A DNA stretch of 64,000 nucleotides, from the NCBI GenBank assembly GCA_003230915.1, contig QIHI01000055.1, positions 2,282 through 66,281 on the forward strand, in the 5' to 3' direction. The notes below the pieces were generated by a model. The model did not search any database and was not told where the DNA came from. It saw only the letters and a program-made list of their open reading frames with translations. Made by a program: the position numbers and the translations under genes. How positions within the stretch are numbered: position 1 is the first letter of the stretch; the number at the start of each line of letters is the position of its first letter. The DNA is from Kiritimatiellales bacterium (GTDB lineage Bacteria; Verrucomicrobiota; Kiritimatiellia; Kiritimatiellales; Pontiellaceae). Shown here piece by piece: positions 1-8,725 of the stretch.

Positions 1-162
1 ACCCGAAAAAATATTCAATGGCTGGAAAAGCAATTAAATCCTCCAGTAGCACCTGAGTTGATTAAAGCGGTGCCGGCACCAACGCCCGACGCTGCAAAGC
101 GACGCCCAGCGGTGGAAATCGTGCCATTGGATGAGCTACACCAATGGATGGAAAACCTCTGA
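1..162 (+). CDS. 3' end of a hypothetical protein, truncated by the window edge
   Basis: Frame +1 is open from base 1 (TRKNIQWLEKQ...ELHQWMENL) to TGA at 160-162, with a Pro/Ala-rich linker. Not in the ORF track because no start codon lies in the window. Confidence 0.6.
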   Translation, partial: TRKNIQWLEKQLNPPVAPELIKAVPAPTPDAAKRRPAVEIVPLDELHQWMENL

Positions 163-261
163 TGGGGTGGAAAGAAAATGTTGAACAAGCCTGGTTATGC
201 CAGGCTTTTTTTGTGGTTTTGCGTAGCAGGTGGGGTAGGCTTTCAGCAAGTGGAGGCAGCA

Positions 262-1509
262 ATGGGTTTATTGATTCAAAAGGTGCAACTGAACGGCAGG
301 ACAACGGATGTCTTGATTGAGGGCAACTGTTTCAAGAAGGTGGAGGAAAACCTCGATGTAGCGGGAGTCCAGATCTTGGACGGGAGCGGGATGGCGATGC
401 TTCCGACATTTGTCAATATGCACACACATGCCTCGATGACGCTGATGCGTAGCTATGCCGATGATCTCGACCTGCACGATTGGCTGGAAAATTATATCTG
501 GCCGTTGGAATCGCAACTCGATGAGGAGGATATCTATCACGGCGCGCGGTTGGCCTGCCTGGAAATGATCAAGTCGGGCACCACCTGCTTCAACGATATG
601 TATTGGCATTTCCATGGCGTTGCTCGTGCCGTGGAAGAGATGGGACTGCGCGCCGTACTCTCCTCGGTGTTCATTGATTTCAACGATGCCGCCAAAGCGG
701 CAGAACAACGCGAGCTAACGGAGCGGCTGTTTGAGGAAACTAAACAATATTCGGATCGAATCGGCTTTGCACTGGGTCCACATGCCATCTACACCGTGTC
801 GAAGGAATCGTTGAAATGGGCATCTCGATTCTCAATGGAGAACAAAATTCCGCTCCATATCCATATCTCGGAAACCCAGAAAGAAGTGGACGACTGTCTC
901 GCACTATACGGCCTGAGGCCCATCCAATGGTTGGATAAAATCGGATTGCTCGGTCCGAATGTGATTGCCGCGCATGCGATCCATGTGACGGATGAAGAGA
1001 TCGGTATTCTAGCGCGTAACGGCGTGCAGGTGGTGCATTGTCCGGCCTCGAATATGAAACTGGCCTCTGGGGTTTTCCCGTTCCGTAAAATGCAGGCTAA
1101 AGGGGTTGCGCTGTCGCTGGGAACAGATGGTTGTTCGTCGAACAATAATCTTTCGATGATGGAGGAGATGAAGCTGGCGGCTCTGCTGGCCAAACTGAAT
1201 CATAACGATCCAACCCTGCTACCCGCCCGCACTGCTTTTGAGATGGCGACGGTTAATGGGGCGACGGCGCTTGGGCTGGATTGTGGTAAAATTGAAGAGG
1301 GTCGATTGGCCGATTGTATGTTGGTTGATCTGGCGAACCACCGACTCGCTCCGGGCTATAATCTTCAAGACGACATGGTTTACAGCGCAGACAGTTCATG
1401 CATCGACACGGTCATCTGCAATGGAAAAATTCTCATGAAAGCAGGGCGTATCGAAGGTGAGGAGGCGATTGTCGCCGAGGCTCGAAAGTATAAAAAAAGG
1501 TTCCAATGA
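262..1509 (+). CDS. mtaD: Metal-dependent amidohydrolase, 5-methylthioadenosine/S-adenosylhomocysteine deaminase-like
   Basis: HTH metal motif (NMHTHASM), GPHAIYT, HIHISET, HCPASNMKLASG, LGTDGCSSNN. Start moved to ATG 262, which follows a GGAGG RBS at 252-256. Confidence 0.8.
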   Translation: MGLLIQKVQLNGRTTDVLIEGNCFKKVEENLDVAGVQILDGSGMAMLPTFVNMHTHASMTLMRSYADDLDLHDWLENYIWPLESQLDEEDIYHGARLACLEMIKSGTTCFNDMYWHFHGVARAVEEMGLRAVLSSVFIDFNDAAKAAEQRELTERLFEETKQYSDRIGFALGPHAIYTVSKESLKWASRFSMENKIPLHIHISETQKEVDDCLALYGLRPIQWLDKIGLLGPNVIAAHAIHVTDEEIGILARNGVQVVHCPASNMKLASGVFPFRKMQAKGVALSLGTDGCSSNNNLSMMEEMKLAALLAKLNHNDPTLLPARTAFEMATVNGATALGLDCGKIEEGRLADCMLVDLANHRLAPGYNLQDDMVYSADSSCIDTVICNGKILMKAGRIEGEEAIVAEARKYKKRFQ

Positions 1510-1572
1510 TGGAATCCCAAGAGGAGGGAGAGGATTGCCACGCATTGGAACCTAGGGGGAGAATGGTTTTAT

Positions 1573-1665
1573 TCAGAGAAACGAGACGACAAACATCAGC
1601 CCGATCATCGCGGCTCCTGCCAGAGCCATCGAAACCTCTACTGCAATTATGGAACGAGTTTTCAT
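1573..1665 (-). CDS. Candidate 30-aa single-pass membrane protein
   Basis: MKTRSIIAVEVSMALAGAAMIGLMFVVSFL: basic N-terminus plus one hydrophobic helix, with AAAGGA just upstream of the ATG. Confidence 0.4.
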   Translation of the reverse strand: MKTRSIIAVEVSMALAGAAMIGLMFVVSFL

Positions 1666-2001
1666 AGATTCCTTTGGGTAATAAACTGAATAGGAGTAGA
1701 GCATAGCTCGTGCCAAATTATGAGAGGTTGTCGATAACTCTGTTCTGGCGGATAAAAATCCTTTTAACACTCAATGTCCTATAGGTGTTTAGATCTCAAT
1801 TATGAGAATTTATTAACCGCGATTATCTCATTTTCGGGTGCATTTTTTCATATTGAGCTCTCCGTCCTTGTATTTTTCCGCGAAAAACTCTCTTTAAAAA
1901 CTGTTCAGTTTTAAGGGATCAGCTCAGCTCTAAAGTGGGGAATTGCATTGCACCGTAGCTGAATGCCTTTAAACTCACGCAAACTTCGGAGGATATTTCT
2001 T

Positions 2002-3693
2002 ATGTGCGCAAAATCGTTTAAGCGAGATAAACGTCTTTTTTCAGCGGCGGTTGTTGAAGGGGTTGAACGGGCGCCCAGTCGAGCCATGCTACGAGCGGTC
2101 GGTTTTTCGGACTCCGACTTCAAGAAACCGCAAATCGGAATTGCTTCTACTTGGAGCATGGTGACGCCCTGTAACATGCACATCGACCGCCTCGCCAGGG
2201 AATCCGAAAAGGGAGCCAATGTGGCGGGGGGCAAGGCGGTGATCTTCAACACCATCTCTATTTCCGATGGTATTTCGATGGGAACCGAGGGGATGAAATA
2301 TTCCCTCGTCTCCCGCGAGGTCATTGCCGACTCCATCGAAACCGTGGTGGCGTGCGAGGGGTTTGATGGTGTGGTGGCTTTTGGTGGATGCGACAAAAAT
2401 ATGCCGGGTTGTCTAATGGCTCTGGCACGACTGGATCGGCCAAGCGTCTTTGTCTATGGCGGAACAATCCTGCCCGGATCCTACTGCGGAAAGGACATTG
2501 ATATTATTTCGGTTTTCGAAGCGGTTGGTCAGTTTTCCAAGGGCGAAATCTCATCCCGCGAACTGACGGGAATCGAGCGTGCAGCCATTCCCGGGGAAGG
2601 TTCCTGCGGTGGAATGTATACGGCCAACACGATGGCCTCGGCCATCGAAGCGATGGGTATGAGTCTGCCGAATAGTTCGTCGCGCGTGGCCTGCTCCAAG
2701 TCGAAAATGGAAGAGTCGCACGGGGCTGGTCGCGCGGTAATAAAGCTGATCGAACGGGGGATCAAGCCCTCCGATATCATGACGCGGGCGGCGTTTCTGA
2801 ATGCTATTGTGGTGGTGACTGCGCTGGGTGGATCAACCAATGCGGTATTGCACCTGTTAGCCATGGCGAAGGCAGCGAAAGTACGCCTTTCGCTTGCCGA
2901 TTTTACTACGGTCGGGAAAAAAGTTCCCGTGCTGGCCGATCTGAAGCCGAGTGGCCGATATGCCATGGCTGATCTTGCCGCCATCGGCGGAGTGGCTCCG
3001 CTGATGGCGCGGCTACTTAAGCAGGGCCTGTTGAATGGCGACTGCCTGACGGTGACCGGCGATACGTTGAAGCAGAACCTGGCTCGGGTAAAACCCTATC
3101 CCCGCAAGCAGGAGATCATTCGCTCTTTCAGCCGTCCGATCAAGAAAGAGGGGCACCTGGTCATTCTCAAGGGCAACCTTGCGCCGGACGGAGCTGTGGC
3201 CAAGATTTCCGGGAAGGAAGGATTGCTCTTTAGTGGCAAAGCGGTGGTCTTTAATTCCGAAGAGCAAGCGATGAAGAAGATTCTCGCCGGATCGGTCAAG
3301 GCGGGGCATGTGGTGGTAATCCGCTATGAGGGGCCGCAGGGCGGCCCCGGCATGCGCGAGATGCTTGCACCCACATCAACCATCATGGGGCAAGGGCTAG
3401 GGCAAGACGTGGCGCTCATCACCGACGGTCGGTTCTCGGGTGGAAGCCATGGTTTTGTAATTGGCCACATTACACCCGAAGCTTGTGTCGGCGGGCCGCT
3501 GGCGATTGTGAAAAACGGCGATGTCATTACCATCGATGCCAAAAAACGATCAATCATGTTGGAGCTCTCCAAGGCGGAAATCAAGCGGCGCTTTGCCCAA
3601 TGGAAGCCGCCGCGCCCGCGCTATAAAACCGGGGTTCTCGCAAAATATGCCAAACTGGTTGGGCCGGCTTCTGAAGGGGCGATTACGGACTAA
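2002..3693 (+). CDS. ilvD: Dihydroxy-acid dehydratase
   Basis: [43 protein letters not shown] motifs. GGAGG RBS precedes ATG 2002. Confidence 0.95.
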   Translation: MCAKSFKRDKRLFSAAVVEGVERAPSRAMLRAVGFSDSDFKKPQIGIASTWSMVTPCNMHIDRLARESEKGANVAGGKAVIFNTISISDGISMGTEGMKYSLVSREVIADSIETVVACEGFDGVVAFGGCDKNMPGCLMALARLDRPSVFVYGGTILPGSYCGKDIDIISVFEAVGQFSKGEISSRELTGIERAAIPGEGSCGGMYTANTMASAIEAMGMSLPNSSSRVACSKSKMEESHGAGRAVIKLIERGIKPSDIMTRAAFLNAIVVVTALGGSTNAVLHLLAMAKAAKVRLSLADFTTVGKKVPVLADLKPSGRYAMADLAAIGGVAPLMARLLKQGLLNGDCLTVTGDTLKQNLARVKPYPRKQEIIRSFSRPIKKEGHLVILKGNLAPDGAVAKISGKEGLLFSGKAVVFNSEEQAMKKILAGSVKAGHVVVIRYEGPQGGPGMREMLAPTSTIMGQGLGQDVALITDGRFSGGSHGFVIGHITPEACVGGPLAIVKNGDVITIDAKKRSIMLELSKAEIKRRFAQWKPPRPRYKTGVLAKYAKLVGPASEGAITD

Positions 3694-3768
3694 ACCCTAC
3701 CTTTGGCACATATTGGCTTTCTTCACGCCGCGGTATCTCCTACCTTTATTCTAACGGAGAGTCCATCT

Positions 3769-4176
3769 ATGAAAATCGAAGTATTCGCCCTCTGCGATGC
3801 CGCCACCGATAATCGAGGAAAGTTAAACATTCTCGGCACGTTCGACCAAATCTATGCCGCCAAAATGCCGGTGGTCCATCCGGCCTGCGCCATCGCCTTG
3901 CGCTTCCGGTTCGACAAGATGGAGGAGGGGTCGCACAAGATAAATCTGCAATTAGTCGACCCCGACGGCACGCCGGTATTTCCGCCGATGGAAGGCAAGG
4001 TTCACCCGCGCATGGCGCCGGATATCGAGTCGGTGGCGGTCAATCTCATCCTTAATTTTCAGCACATGAAATTCGAGACGTTTGCCGATTATCAGATCAA
4101 TCTGACCATCGATGATGTTTCGGAGGCATCGCTCCCGCTCCGAGTACGCGAAGTTCCTCAGCAGCACATGGTATAG
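3769..4176 (+). CDS. DUF6941-like hypothetical protein
   Basis: ALCDAAT...GKLNILGTFDQI pattern typical of this family. GGAG RBS precedes ATG 3769. Confidence 0.7.
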   Translation: MKIEVFALCDAATDNRGKLNILGTFDQIYAAKMPVVHPACAIALRFRFDKMEEGSHKINLQLVDPDGTPVFPPMEGKVHPRMAPDIESVAVNLILNFQHMKFETFADYQINLTIDDVSEASLPLRVREVPQQHMV

Positions 4177-4568
4177 GGTTTCTCCGGTCTCGTTAATTTA
4201 GATGGCGTATAATAAATGTATACCATCGCCGTTTTACACTCACCGAATAAACCACAACTCTTGGAGGTATCGGGTGTAACGGTTCGATGGCGATGGTCGA
4301 CTGAACGAAACCGAACAAGCCGCTTTGCATAAAGAGATCAAAGGAAGCCGACGGGAGCATAGAGAACAAGGCAAGCGTATAGAATAATTTAGATGGAGCG
4401 TCAACGGATCGCTCGTTGTAGGACATAGGCTTATTTTCCTATGCGCTGTTTTTTTTACGCATATTTACATCTAATCCTTGAGGTGAAACTGCTATAAAAT
4501 CGGCGTTTAAACGTTAGGCCTAATTTTGAATTTCCGACACACGGAAACTAGAGAACCCAGGAATTGCC

Positions 4569-5651
4569 ATGTCGAGTACGATCGGAACACTGTTCAAGGT
4601 CTCCACCTACGGGGAGTCGCACGGGAAAGCCGTTGGTGCCATTGTGGATGGCTGTCCCGCCAACGTAGAGTTGACCGAGACCGATATACAACCGCAGCTC
4701 ACTCGCCGCCGCCCCGGCCAAAGCGATATGACTACCCCGCGCGACGAAGCCGACCAAGTGACAATCCTGTCTGGGGTAGAAAATGGGAAAACACTCGGAA
4801 CACCGATCGGGTTGATGGTCAATAACAGGGATCAGCGCCCTGACGATTATCAAGAAATGAGTGATATACCTCGGCCTTCCCACGCCGACTTTACCTACCA
4901 AATGAAATACGGAAACCGTGCCGCCAGCGGCGGCGGACGCTCCAGCGCACGCGAAACCATCGGCCGTGTTGCGGCGGGTGCCATTGCCGAAAAGATTTTA
5001 TTCGAACGTTTTGGTACTCGGATTACGGCATGGGTCAGTGCTGTTGGCGATATCGACGCGCGAGACATGACCTTGGAAAACTTGACCCGCGAGCAGGTCG
5101 ATTCGAACATCATGCGCTGCCCCGATGAGGCCACCGCCGCAAAAATGATTGAACTCGTTGCCGCAACACGTGACCGCAAGGATTCCGTGGGAGGTATCCT
5201 GACCTGCGTGGCCGAACATATTCCGATGGGTCTGGGCGAACCAGTGTTCGACAAGTTCGAGGCTAAACTGGCGCAGGCGATGCTCTCGATCCCCGCGATG
5301 AAGGGGTTTGAGATCGGCTCCGGCTTTGCCGGTGCGCGCATGTTTGGATCGCAGCACAACGATCCGTTTGTGCAAAAGGACGGACGGCTTGGAACCGTCT
5401 CCAATCATAGTGGCGGCATTCAGGGCGGCATTACCAACGGCGAGCCGATCATATTTCGTACAGCCTTCAAGCCGCCTGCCACGATTGGCCAAGCTCAGGA
5501 AACCGCGACCTTCGATGGTGCTTCCGCCGTACTCGAAGCCAAGGGGCGCCACGATCCGTGTGTGGTGCCGCGCGCCGTGCCGATTATCGAGACCATGACC
5601 GCGCTGGTCTTAATGGATTTTGTGCTGCGCCAGAGCTATCGCACGATCTAA
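4569..5651 (+). CDS. aroC: Chorismate synthase
   Basis: [30 protein letters not shown] motifs. Confidence 0.97.
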   Translation: MSSTIGTLFKVSTYGESHGKAVGAIVDGCPANVELTETDIQPQLTRRRPGQSDMTTPRDEADQVTILSGVENGKTLGTPIGLMVNNRDQRPDDYQEMSDIPRPSHADFTYQMKYGNRAASGGGRSSARETIGRVAAGAIAEKILFERFGTRITAWVSAVGDIDARDMTLENLTREQVDSNIMRCPDEATAAKMIELVAATRDRKDSVGGILTCVAEHIPMGLGEPVFDKFEAKLAQAMLSIPAMKGFEIGSGFAGARMFGSQHNDPFVQKDGRLGTVSNHSGGIQGGITNGEPIIFRTAFKPPATIGQAQETATFDGASAVLEAKGRHDPCVVPRAVPIIETMTALVLMDFVLRQSYRTI

Positions 5652-5663
5652 TTGAAACCAGCC

Positions 5664-6023
5664 ATGTTCGACTCTTTCTCTCAGCTTGCCTTTGTCGGTC
5701 CCGGCGGCCTCGAATTTATCGTGGTCATGCTGGTGCTATTGATAATGTTCGGCGCCAAGGATGCCCCGCGAATTCTTCGTAAACTAAACGAGATCATCAA
5801 TCAGATTCGCAATACCGCCGACGGTTTCAAACGCGAGGTAATGTATAGCGATCTCAAAAATGAAACTTCCATTTACGAGCCGCCGGATCATTCCGACGAA
5901 TCCGGCCATGGCGAAGACGACGGCTACGACCCTGAGGAGGATGAATCGGTAGAAGCTGAGCCGGAACCCGACATGGGAAACGAGCTTCCTGAAGACGAGG
6001 ATGACGATGCTCAAAAATCTTAA
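5664..6023 (+). CDS. tatB: Twin-arginine translocase TatB-like subunit
   Basis: N-terminal TM (GPGGLEFIVVMLVLLIMFGAKDAP), amphipathic helix and acidic tail. Lies directly upstream of tatC. Confidence 0.75.
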   Translation: MFDSFSQLAFVGPGGLEFIVVMLVLLIMFGAKDAPRILRKLNEIINQIRNTADGFKREVMYSDLKNETSIYEPPDHSDESGHGEDDGYDPEEDESVEAEPEPDMGNELPEDEDDDAQKS

Positions 6024-6984
6024 ATGGTTCAAAGGCAAGTTTCGCTACGACGATAGTGAACTTCCATTTCTTGAGCACCTCGAAGAATTTCGAAAAACGG
6101 CGATCCGAACCGCCATCGCATTAGTCCTCGGCGTGGTAGTTTGCTTGCCGTTCGCGGATCATTTAATCGCAATTTTGCGTGCGCCTGCCGAACCCTACAT
6201 CGAAAAAACCGCCACCGAAATTCTGGGGGAAACGGCTCTGCAATTGCGAATTCCAGCATCCGCACTAACGGATGCGGTTTTGGTGGCGGGAGAAGGAGGG
6301 GAGACCTACTACAACATTGAGGCGGAGATTTTAACTCCACTCAATGAACCCCGGAAGGCAGGTGTGATTCGCCTTCAATTTTCTGAACCGGCGGCTGCGA
6401 TCAAGATGTGGTTAACCGTATCGTTTTTTGGTGGGCTGTTGCTGAGCCTTCCCGTACTGGTATTTATTATCGGTTCGTTCGTTCTGCCCGGGGTGCGGGA
6501 TCTCGAGCGTAAAGTGCTCCAGCGCATATCCTTTTTTTCCGGCGGCTTATTTTTGGCGGGCATCGCTATGGGCTATAAGGTAACCTTGCCGCTTGCGCTG
6601 GGGCTGATGCTTAAAATTGGAGGTTCCCTTGGCGGCGAATCGATCTGGTTCTACAATAAATACATCGCTTTTGCCCTTCAACTCCTACTCGGCTTCGGGT
6701 TGGCTTTCCAGCTCCCGGTCGTCATCCTTATTCTGGGGAAAATGGGACTGGTCAACTCCACGCAGTTGCGCGAAAAACGCCGACACGTCATCGTGGGTCT
6801 GCTGATTCTCTCCATGGTCTTGACGCCGCCAGATGTGATGACCCAGATGCTAATGGCGGCTCCCTTGATTTTTCTCTACGAATTCTGTATATGGTTTCTT
6901 CATTTCAGTGGAAACCGTGCGGTGAAGTCGGCGGCGGATAGGGACGACGGGAATAGGGAAACGGAAAATCTAAACAAGGAATAG
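6001..6984 (+). CDS. tatC: Twin-arginine translocase subunit TatC
   Basis: LPFLEHLEEFRK, FGLAFQLP, LTPPDVMTQ, LYEFCI motifs and six hydrophobic segments. Confidence 0.93.
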   Translation: MTMLKNLKWFKGKFRYDDSELPFLEHLEEFRKTAIRTAIALVLGVVVCLPFADHLIAILRAPAEPYIEKTATEILGETALQLRIPASALTDAVLVAGEGGETYYNIEAEILTPLNEPRKAGVIRLQFSEPAAAIKMWLTVSFFGGLLLSLPVLVFIIGSFVLPGVRDLERKVLQRISFFSGGLFLAGIAMGYKVTLPLALGLMLKIGGSLGGESIWFYNKYIAFALQLLLGFGLAFQLPVVILILGKMGLVNSTQLREKRRHVIVGLLILSMVLTPPDVMTQMLMAAPLIFLYEFCIWFLHFSGNRAVKSAADRDDGNRETENLNKE

Positions 6985-6988
6985 GGTT

Positions 6989-7222
6989 ATGCATACATTA
7001 GGATTTATGCCAGGGCAGTGGGAGATCATCGTGATCATCTTTATTATCCTGCTACTCTTCGGGGCCAAGAAGCTTCCGGAACTTTCGCGTTCGCTCGGTA
7101 AGAGCCTTGGTGAATTCAAGAAAGGCCAGAAGGAGGGATCCGAACCCGACCCGGTAGAAGAGGCCGAGAAGAAGGAAATCGACTCCAAGGAAGAGCCTGA
7201 AACGAAGGAGAGTAGTCCGTAA
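6989..7222 (+). CDS. tatA: Twin-arginine translocase TatA
   Basis: GQWEIIVIIFIILLLFGAKKLPELSRSLGKSLGEFKKG is the canonical TatA pattern. Confidence 0.93.
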   Translation: MHTLGFMPGQWEIIVIIFIILLLFGAKKLPELSRSLGKSLGEFKKGQKEGSEPDPVEEAEKKEIDSKEEPETKESSP

Positions 7223-7286
7223 TTCGTAACTCATTTTTCGGTAGACGAGGAATTACGCGCTACAGATTACGAATTACGTTCAATCC

Positions 7287-8123
7287 ATGAGCGAAAGAAA
7301 ACACATAGAACTGACCCCCGAAGAAGAGCGCGAAAACACCAAAGCGGTACTTGCACATGTTCTGCCCTTTGCCATCTGGCTTACCATGATGGTTTGGTTC
7401 GATGAGTATAATGCTCGAACGATTGGTGGGGTTATTGTGTTGCTCATCTTTCGCCCTTGGCGTTGGGCGCCTAAAATCCAACTCAAAAATATCCCCTTAG
7501 CGATCGGTGTGGGAGTATTTATTCTCGTGGTTTGGGTCGGCTTTGAAACTCCATGGATGACCCAGAATGCTCCGTGGGTGACGGAGTGGTACGATCGCCT
7601 ATTCGTTGACCTCATGAAGCCGTTCCAGACCCGAGAACTTTATGAAATCCCTTTACTTTCGGAGTCGGCCAAAATCCAAGAAGCCGTGGCTCTCGGGCTG
7701 GAAAACGTGCAGCGCACGATGCTTCCGTTTGAAGTCATTCAAGAGGGAGAGCACGCGGGATTACACGCCGCAGACCCCCGCGTTACAGGATGGGTTTCTT
7801 TTTGGATTCGTATGTTTGGCACAACTGTTATTATTGCCATTATCGAAGAGTTTTTCTACCGAAGCTTTGTTTACCGGTGGATGCTTGGCAGCCCCTTCTT
7901 TAAAATCAATGCCGGGCAGATGAAATGGTCTATGCTGTTGCTGGTCTCGCTCTTTTTCAGCGTATCGCATTTTGAAATCGGAGCGGCGGCGATCTGTGGA
8001 ATTGCTTTTGGTTGGCTCTACATCAAAACACAAGATATCTGGGCTGCGATCATCGCCCACGGAACCACTAATTTTCTCTTAGGCTTGTATGTTGTAAAAT
8101 ACAATGCCTACCAGTTTTGGTAG
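7287..8123 (+). CDS. CPBP-family (CAAX prenyl protease-related) intramembrane glutamic endopeptidase
   Basis: EEFFYRSF, FSVSH and AHGTTN catalytic motifs in a polytopic membrane protein. Confidence 0.85.
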   Translation: MSERKHIELTPEEERENTKAVLAHVLPFAIWLTMMVWFDEYNARTIGGVIVLLIFRPWRWAPKIQLKNIPLAIGVGVFILVVWVGFETPWMTQNAPWVTEWYDRLFVDLMKPFQTRELYEIPLLSESAKIQEAVALGLENVQRTMLPFEVIQEGEHAGLHAADPRVTGWVSFWIRMFGTTVIIAIIEEFFYRSFVYRWMLGSPFFKINAGQMKWSMLLLVSLFFSVSHFEIGAAAICGIAFGWLYIKTQDIWAAIIAHGTTNFLLGLYVVKYNAYQFW

Positions 8124-8159
8124 CGAAAGGGCTCCTCCGCACTTTCCTTCCAAAACCGC

Positions 8160-8188
8160 TTGCAAAGGGTAGGGGGCTAATCTATCTT
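8160..8188 (+). promoter_or_regulatory. Sigma70-type promoter of tRNA-Ser
   Basis: TTGCAA-N17-TATCTT, 19 nt upstream of the tRNA. A near-identical architecture (TTGCCA-N17-TATCTT) precedes tRNA-Met. Confidence 0.6.
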
Positions 8189-8207
8189 CCTCGCTCCATT
8201 TCAGTGC

Positions 8208-8297
8208 GGAAAGGTGACTGAGTGGCTTAAGGTGCTGGACTGCTAATCCGGTGTGGGACTTGTCCCACCGAGGGTTCGAATCCCTCCCTTTCCGCCA
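8208..8297 (+). tRNA. tRNA-Ser(GCT)
   Basis: GGAAAGG/CCTTTCC acceptor stem, anticodon loop CT-GCT-AA, long variable arm (GTGGGACTTGTCCCAC), GGTTCGAATCC T-arm, encoded CCA. Confidence 0.97.
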
Positions 8298-8311
8298 TAT
8301 TGTAATGCCTT

Positions 8312-8350
8312 AACGGGCAGTGATTAAAAAAATTACTGCCCGTTTTTTTT
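8312..8350 (+). terminator. Rho-independent terminator after tRNA-Ser
   Basis: AACGGGCAGTGA/TTACTGCCCGTT stem followed by a T run. Confidence 0.85.
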
Positions 8351-8656
8351 GCCCAATTATAATGCAGGCTACAATAAGCGCGTCGATGCTTCGGGGTATT
8401 TTTGTACAAAGAAGAAATCTTCTGTATGCCAAAAGGGAATAATCAAGATATGCCTTTCGGTAGCCTATAGCTCTAGGTTTTGAGTAGTAGGATGAAATTG
8501 ATTTTTGATTGCTTTGATAAATATCTATCGACTCCGAAGGGCAAGCCGAAGGCGTAGCCATCCCTCTCTTTCCACTATACTTTAAGACGGTTGACAATTG
8601 TCGCCAGCCTTTTTTATTTTAAGCAACTCGGCTCCGAATTGGAGTGCGGAGGTGCG

Positions 8657-8685
8657 TTGACACTCCGCCATGAAAATATTAGGTT
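8657..8685 (+). promoter_or_regulatory. Sigma70-type promoter of acnA
   Basis: TTGACA-N17-TAGGTT, 40 nt upstream of the start codon. Confidence 0.6.
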
Positions 8686-8725
8686 TTGCCTCGTTTTTCC
8701 AACTATCAAACAGGACGGTTATATT

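Noticed and set aside
178-261. Upstream extensions of ORF-track calls (mtaD, ilvD, acnA, dsbD, leuB and others)
   Set aside because: The extensions have no family similarity or overlap promoters and neighbouring genes, and downstream ATGs have better RBSs. Starts were trimmed.
4193-4426. 77-aa minus-strand ORF as a real gene
   Set aside because: No recognisable motif, and the sequence is better explained by an RNA hairpin and direct repeats. Left unannotated rather than excluded.
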